Below, piece after piece: positions 56,603 through 64,000 of a stretch of DNA of 64,000 nucleotides. The notes below the pieces were generated by a model. It saw only the letters and a program-made list of their open reading frames with translations. It did not search any database and was not told the origin of the DNA. Position 1 is the stretch's first letter. The number at the start of each line of letters is the position of its first letter. The stretch spans positions 6,176,001 to 6,240,000 of the forward strand of contig CM000151.3 of NCBI GenBank assembly GCA_000004695.1. Direction: 5' to 3'. This stretch comes from Dictyostelium discoideum. Lineage: Eukaryota. Position numbers and translations under genes: made by a program.

Positions 56603-59600
56603 TTATTGAGCAGTGGTTGGTGTTGGTGGAGTTGAGGTTGTTTCTATTGTTGGATTTAGATTTGTTTCTGTTGTTGGATTTGGGGTTGTTGGTGAAGTTT
56701 GTTGAGCTGGTTGTTTAGATTGTTTTGGTTGTTTTGGTTGTTTTGTTTGAGCAGCTTGTTTTGGTTGTGCTGGTTGTTTTGGTTGAGCTGGTTGTTTTGT
56801 TTGAGCAGCTTGTTTTGGTTGTGCTGGTTGTTTTGGTTGTGCAGGTTGCTTGGTTTGTTTTGGTTGTGCTGGTTGTTTTGGTGTTTGATTTGGATTTGGT
56901 TGCTTAGGTTGTTTTGGTGGCTGTTGCTGTTGACCATCTTGGGTTGGTTGTGTTTGATTTTGGTTTGGTTGTTTTGGTAGTTTTGGTTGTTTTGGTTGTT
57001 TTTTCTTTGGATGTTGGTTTGGTTGTTCTTGTTGTGTTGGGTGTTGTTGTTGTTCTTGTTGTTGTTGTTGATGATGGTGGTGCTCTTCTTGTTGACCTGG
57101 ATGATGTGGTGGATAAGGATGACCTGGATGGTAATGTGGTGGATAACCCATCATATGTGGTGGTGGTGGACCTGGTGGATAATTACCCATCATGTGTGGT
57201 GGAGGTGGTGGATAAGAATGACCTGGATGGTAATGTGGTGGGTAACCCATCATAGGTGGTGGACCTGGTGGATAATGGCCCATCATATGTGGTGGTGGAC
57301 CTTGAGGTAATCCATCTGGATCATTAGTTTGATCAGAAGAAATGGAGGTTGAAGCAAACATATTGTTCAAGAGTAAGAGAGCATTTGGATTGGTTTGAAC
57401 TTGCTCTTCACTACTACCATCACCATTATTGTGCTCAGAAGATTGGGATCCTGGGAAAGAATTTTGTTCAATATTTTGATAGATTAAATTCAAACGTTTG
57501 TTTGTTCTAGTTTGTTGTCTTAATTTTTCTGGATCAATTGGTTCTTGTGGTTGCTGAGGTGGTTGTTGAGGTGGTTGTTTAGATTGTTTTGGTTGCTTTG
57601 GTTGCTTTGGTTGTTTTGGTTGTGGTTGTGGTTGTGGTTGTGGTTGTTGTTGTGGTTTTGGTTGTTGTAATTGTTGTGGTTGTTTTCTTTGATCATTTTG
57701 ATCATAATAAAAGTTATACTCTAAATTTGGATAGTTTTTAGAAAGATCAGCATATTCTTGTTGTTCAAAATTTTGTTTAACATAAGTTGGTTTTCTCTTC
57801 ATTGGATAATTAACAGAATTTGGATTATTAATTGCTAATGGATGTTGATTAACTTTATTTTGATTATGATTTTGGCCATGATGATGATTATTATTATTAT
57901 TATTATAATTGTTATTGTTATTGTTATTATTGGCATTATGTTGTTGTGGATTAGAAATATTATTTATCAATTGTAATTGTTGCCAATTTAATTCTTTATT
58001 TTCAACAGCATTAGTAATTGGAGTTTGTTGATCAATTTGTTGATTTAATTTTTGACCACCATTTGAATAAATTTTCTTTTGACCATGATTATGGTTATTA
58101 TTTTGTTGAGTTTGAACTTTTTCCCAATATTCAGCAGGATCAATTGATTGATCATAGAACTTATTAATTGTTGATTTTGGTGGTGGTGGTGGACAAGAAA
58201 GATTATAAAGTCTAAGTTTAGAGATACAAATACCTCTTTTCTCTGAACAATAACCATCTAAACTATTACCAGCAAAACATTCGGTATCAAAGACAACATC
58301 AACCTTTTGATCTTGAATAGAGGCAACAGTACCAAAAGTACCAAATGGTAAATTACCTTTATCTAGAATGGAAACTACTCTATCACCTAAATGGAATTTA
58401 CCAGTGTTGGCAAATGATTGGAAAGAATAATTTTGGGAAGATAAAGTTGGAGATTTAACACCATTTTGAGAGTTATTTAAATCTTGTTTTGGTTGTAGTC
58501 CCTTGATGAGATGATGTCTTTCCATTGAAATAACCGATTCATAAGAGGGTGGCTCCACGATATCAGTTGTTGAACAATGAATCTCTTGAATTGTATATTC
58601 AGTTTGATGAGTTTGATCATAATAATATTTTTCAATCTTTTCAATACCTTCCTTACCTAAAGAGTCGGTACCACATGGTACAACTCTTTTCTTTCTAATG
58701 CCACTCTTTTCAATAAACTCTTCGACTCCTTGTAAGAATTCAGCTTTCTCCTCTTTGGTAGCGAATAAAGGAGTGATATCGACATTCTTTGACATTTTAG
58801 CACCACCAACACCAATGTTTGAATCTGGTTTTGAGAATAATGCTAAAATTTGATGAAGTAATGGGAACTTGTTAAAGTATTCAGTGATTAAATTGATAGC
58901 CTCTTGACTAAACTCCCATTGATGAAAAATGTTACCACCTCTGTTCACATCATAACCTCTACAATAACCTAAAACCTGTTGTTGTCTACCAGTGAATTTT
59001 AAATTTAAACCAATATCAACCATTGGTTTGAAAATGAATAAACCTGCAGTTAATTGACTAATACTTGAAACTGTAGTACCAACCAATTTAGCGACATGTT
59101 GAATTGGAAAGTATTCAACCTCTTTCTTTGCAACTTGATGACCAAAGTTCATATCCATCTTTACCGATGGTACCTTAATCTCCAATTGAAGTTGATTATC
59201 ATAATGATTGATGACTGTACCAATTGTACCGAAATATTGTTTCTTTGTTACCAATACTTTCTTACCGATTGGGAATCTCTTTTCAAATGGTAATTCATCG
59301 ATTTCTTCAAATCTTGAATCGGTTGCAATTAAATCATAATCTACCATTAATTCAATTGGATAAACATCCTCTTCATCTGAATAACGTTTCTTTGTACTAC
59401 CATTTGGCATGGTTTGAACACCAACCAATTTATTGATATGTACCAAAATGGTGTTAGTATCTTCATAACCTAATTTTGAAGCAGTATAACCAGTTGATGA
59501 ACCATTAGATTGTTGTTTACCATCATCTTTTTCATTATCATAATAGATATTGATACCCTTACGAAGTAATGAAAGTTTTGTTTTTTTAACATGATCAAGG

Positions 59601-61565
59601 AAAGCCAATTTTTGAGGTGTTGAATTATCAGTTGTTCCCTTTGAAAACAATTTTCTATTTGAACAAGAGAAATAAAGGATCTTACCCTCTTGATGATATG
59701 GCCAATTGATATAACATTTTTTACCGATTAATGATTTCAATTTTGAAAATTCATCGATATTGTTACAATCGTATTGTTTCGATTGATGAGGTGGTACAAC
59801 GATTAATGAATCTTTTCTTGACATCATGCCCCAAACATCGATAACTGAATTTTGATATTTCCAAGTGAATTGTAAACTCTTGAAAGTTGGGAAACCCGAT
59901 GGACATTGAACACCTGTTAAAACTTGATCAGCACAATAACGGAAATGTGGTAATGGATTATCAAATGTTGGTAGTACTATATCCTCGGTTGTTGCTGATG
60001 AATGTTCAATATCCTTGAAAACATTTGAATTTGGTGATTTAACAAATTGATCAACATCGGCATCATGATAGATGATAACGGCATTCTTGATACTATTTCT
60101 AGCCTCTTCTTCATCGGTGAAAACCTTTTGACCCGATTGGGCCAATGATTTCTTTATGGATGCTGTTGCATCCAATAGTCTTTGATGATCAATGAAACCC
60201 AATTCTGCAATACCATCGAAATAATGAGGATCCTTTGTATCGATTTCAAATTCAACTGGATAGAAATCAATAATTGGCGAGAATAGATCCAACATTAACG
60301 TTTGATAACTCTTTGGTATTAAATCAACCGATTGTGGTGGTAATACACTTAAAAGCTGCTGGAATGGTGTTATTGGTTCACCTGGTTGGAAATCAATGTG
60401 CAAATCTGGTATATTGTTGAAATCGATTGCCAATGGTGCATAGTAGAATGGATAGAACCAAACCCAAGAGATACAACCGTTGTGATAGTAATTCAATACC
60501 CAAACTAAACCTTCGACATAGGATAATACAACTTTCTCTTTAAATGCTTTAATCTCATCCAATGTATTTGGGAATTCGTTAAAATATTGTCTATAATAAG
60601 AGTTTTCTACATTATATAATTCGTTAACCAATTGTTCATCAGGATCTTCTTCTCCATCTTCACTATCAGAAACTGGGAAATGACTTTTTAATCTTTCCAT
60701 TGCTAATCTTTCAAATTCTTTCTTTGCCTCTTCATCTAATCCATCATGTTCTAAAACTGAATCTTCTACCAATTCTGCGACTTCCACCTTCTTATCATCT
60801 AAATCCTCTTCAGTTGAACCCATAATTCCTTGTTGTTGTTTCTTTTCGAATTTTTGTAAAAACTTGAAGAAATGTTGTAATCTTTCCAAATCGATTGTGG
60901 CGCCCTCTGTCAAGTAACCACCCAACGATGGAAGACTACTCTTATACAATTCGAATATTGAGTTTAGACCACCTTTTGAAATCTCTAAAAATGGTAAATG
61001 TGGTAAGAAATCATTACCAAAAAATATCATAATCAATATGAAATCATCTATGATTCTCTCTAAATCATATCCAAACTCTAAATCATCATTTCTTAACTCC
61101 AAGTCAAGATATTCACGTAATAATGATATGTGAAGTAATTGAAAATCTAACTGTCTCTTGGTTGGCTTAAATGATATCTCCTCTCTAAGAATTGAAAAAT
61201 TTGGTTCATGTGTAATTAATCCTAATAAAATTAAATCTGCATCTAAACCATATAAGCAATGTGACTAAAATTAAAAAAAAAAAAAAAAAAATAATAAAAA
61301 AAAAAAAAATAAAAAAATTTTTAGTATATATATATTAAAATTATAAATTATAAATTTTAAATTAAATTATAAAAAAACTTACTTGGTTGGCATCCCAATC
61401 TGGACTAGCTTTGTTTTTACGAATGTAATCAATAATTTTATGTTCACCTTCACCTGGATTCTATTGAGAAATTTCAAAGAAAAAAAAAAAAAAGAAAAAA
61501 AAAAAAAAAATTATGTTGAGAAATTTCAATGAAAAAAAAAAAAATTATGTTGAGAAATTTCAATG

Positions 61566-61598
<33 letters not shown>

Positions 61599-62286
61599 AT
61601 GATTTATAAAATGATTTTAAAAAACTTACCTCTGGACCAGAAAAGATAACTCGAACTTCTCTCCAAGATAAATCTTCAGATATTTTCTTTTTAATATAAA
61701 ATTGAATTGATTCAGAAAGGTTATACATGAATTGAGTACCAGGAGTGATGGCAGTTCTATTAAAGATTACCTCTGGTACAGGTTTACCTTCTGATATTAA
61801 TTTCTGTTTTAATTTCTCATCTCTGTGAACTGATAAAAATCTACGTTGTCTTTGTTGATTAATTTTTGATCTTGGTGCAACACCATCAATTGCCATATAA
61901 AATAATTTGGTTGGTCTGATTGTATGAAAAAGTCTATCGACATAATTACAAACTTGACGAATTAATTCTTCCTCTGAAAATTCTATTAAACTATTTGCAA
62001 ATTCTTGTGAACAAGCATGTATAATACCATTCATATCCAAATATAAATTATCTAATATATACATATTTATATATATTTTTTTTTATTATTGTTATTATTA
62101 ATTGATATCATTCAAATATTTGATAATAAGTTGAATTTGAAAAAGAAGAAGAAGAAGAAGAAGGAAAAAAAAAAAAAAAAAAAAAAAAAAAAACATACCA
62201 TACTCGGGAGGATTTGAATCTAATATTTTTTGTAAAATTTGTGGATATCTCTCTGATACCCATCTAAAAAATCTTGGAACACCCAT
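56603..62286 (-). CDS. XRN-family 5'-3' exoribonuclease (Xrn1-like) with a long low-complexity C-terminal tail. Four exons: 62286..62199, 62051..61630, 61460..61383, 61264..56603
   Basis: Exon 1 MGVPRFFRWVSERYPQILQKI. The exon 1/2 junction gives ...PPEY|DNLYLDMNGIIHACSQ. Exon 3 encodes NPGEGEHKIIDYIRKN. Exon 4 encodes CLYGLDADLILLGL and continues for about 1550 aa, including HMMGYPPGPPP repeats and (PKQ/PAQ)n repeats. Donors are GTATGT, GTAAGT, GTAAGT. Confidence 0.8.
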
Positions 62287-62984
62287 ACTTAAATTATTAT
62301 ACTATTATTTATATTATTTATATATGTGAATGTTTTTATTGTAAGTTTTGTGTGTGTTGGTGTATTGGTGTATGTAATACCTTAAGTTAAATTTAATATG
62401 ATTATTGTACAAGATTGTAAAAATTATATTATTATTTTTATTAATTTAATATTACTATTTTATGTGTGTGTTATAAATTTTGTTATTCTTAATTTTTAAT
62501 TTTTATTATACTATCAATTTCTATCTTTTTCTTTTTTTTTTTTTTTTTTTTTTATAATTATAATTATTATTTTAATATATTATATTAAAAAATTTGAAAA
62601 AAAAAAAATCTTTAAAAATTGATTTAAAAAAATATATTATTATTACTAATATAATTATATATATTACTATTAAATGAAATAAAAATGTATACTATCGCAA
62701 AATATACAATAATAAAGATATTACTATATATAAGGGTATAAATTGGGTGAACTTGTATATATTTACAAAATAAATGAAAATTAAAAAAAAGAAAATAAAA
62801 AAAAAAAATAAAAAATAAAAAAAAAAAAAAATTGAAAAAAAAAAAAAAAATTGAAAAAAAAAGAAAAAAAAAAAAAAAAGAAAAAAAAAAATTATTTTTT
62901 GAAATTAATTTTTAATTTGATCAAACACTTTATTTGTTTTTATTTATTTATTTCTCCCTTATAAAATAGAAATGCAATAATGAC

Positions 62985-63155
62985 ATGACCAATAATAATA
63001 ATAACGATATCAACAATAATAATAATGACAATAAATCAACACTTTCATCAAGTGGCGATAACAACCCAATTCCAAAAGATAACACATCAATAAAATCTTC
63101 CAAAAGTTCCTCTTTGGATGACCCAAATTATATTGAAAATATGAAAATTCATGAA

Positions 63156-63232
<77 letters not shown>

Positions 63233-63999
63233 TAATAATAATAATAATAAAAATAAAAAAAATCATGGTGATAATAGTCAACCTAGGGTTAGAAAAAGAG
63301 GCAACAGCATTAATAATACTAAAAATAATGAAAGTAAAAGTAAAAGTAAAAATGAAAATGAAAATGAAAATGAAAATGAAAATGAAAATGAAAATGAAAA
63401 TGAAAATGAAAATGAAAATGAAAATGAAAATGAAAATGAAAATGAAAATAAAAATGAAAATAAAAATGAAAATGAAAGTAAAAAAGAAAGTGAAAAAGAA
63501 ATTGAAAAAAGAGATGAACAAGAGGAAATTAGAAGGATTAAGCTTTATTATCGTAAATTATTATTTAATAAGATCCTAGAGAATAAAGGAAGTGTAGCTC
63601 GAGACCATCTTGCTAATGAGAGAACTTTTTTAGCTTGGTTAAGGTAAGATAACATTATTATTGTTATTCAACCAGTTGCTTTTTTTTTTTTTTTTCTTTC
63701 ATCTTGTTCTAATTATAAATTTTTTTTTTTTTTTTTAAAGAACTTCACTAGGATCTATAGGTTTAGGTGTTGCTTTAGCAAAACTTGGAACAAGTAAAGC
63801 CGGTGGTATTATATTTGTTACACTGGGATCATTAATTTTGATATATAGCCCCTTAAGGTATTTTCAAGTTTACAGACAACTATTAAAAGGAAAGTTCTCT
63901 CCGAATTTATGGGGTACAATCATATTTGTAGTTTTAGCCATTGCTTGTGCTATCACTGCTTTGGTAATTGTCTTAACAAATAATAATAATAATAATTAA
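62985..63999 (+). CDS. DUF202 (YidH-like) membrane protein with an N/E-rich N-terminal region. Two exons: 62985..63643 and 63741..63999
   Basis: Splicing (GTAAGA donor, TTAAAG acceptor) joins ...[30 protein letters not shown], the DUF202 signature, followed by two TM helices and a stop at 63997..63999. Exon 1 has (GAAAAT)n encoding an (NE)n tract. Confidence 0.7.
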
Positions 64000-64000
64000 T

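Noticed and set aside
63340-63475. Highly regular 6-bp periodic array (GAAAAT)n. The (CAACCAAAACAA)n-like array at 56690..57000 was also considered as a CRISPR-like or satellite structure
   Set aside because: Both are in-frame coding microsatellites, (NE)n and (PKQ)n. They have no spacer/repeat alternation, and this is a eukaryotic genome.

Overview
This window looks like nuclear genomic DNA of a dictyostelid social amoeba, most likely Dictyostelium discoideum or a close relative. The evidence is roughly 75-80% A+T overall, intergenic poly(A)/poly(T) tracts, coding poly-Asn/Gln/Ser tracts encoded by (AAT)n, (CAA)n and (TCA)n, short AT-rich introns with GTAAGT/GTATGT donors and (T)nAG acceptors, and tRNA genes with downstream ex-B boxes.

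I can support about 25 protein-coding genes, most of them split by introns: an SF3B1 splicing factor, an XRN 5'-3' exoribonuclease, a CLC chloride channel, a RasGEF, a DHHC palmitoyltransferase, a MOSC-domain protein, a SEC14-like protein, an amidase-signature enzyme, an F-box/ankyrin protein, a Kelch-BTB protein, a DUF202 membrane protein, a Ras-like GTPase/LRR protein, a classical Rab, and a small family of divergent Rab-like GTPases with CxIN C-termini that includes a decayed copy. There are two identical tRNA-Arg(UCU) genes and a tandem array of at least three standalone acyltransferase-domain genes that runs into a 110-N assembly gap.

The most striking structure is a nested, tRNA-targeted retrotransposon complex at 6.2-11.3 kb. 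An internally deleted Ty3/gypsy-type (DGLT-A-like) LTR element sits 14 bp upstream of tRNA-Arg with a 4-bp target-site duplication (TSD). A TRE5-A-like non-LTR element later inserted into its 3' LTR, exactly 47 bp upstream of the tRNA, with a 15-bp TSD and a poly(A) tail.

Coordinates of exon boundaries were derived by hand from splice-site consensus and frame continuity, and twice my hand count disagreed with the ORF track by one base; treat them as accurate to about 1-2 bp. No homology search was possible.
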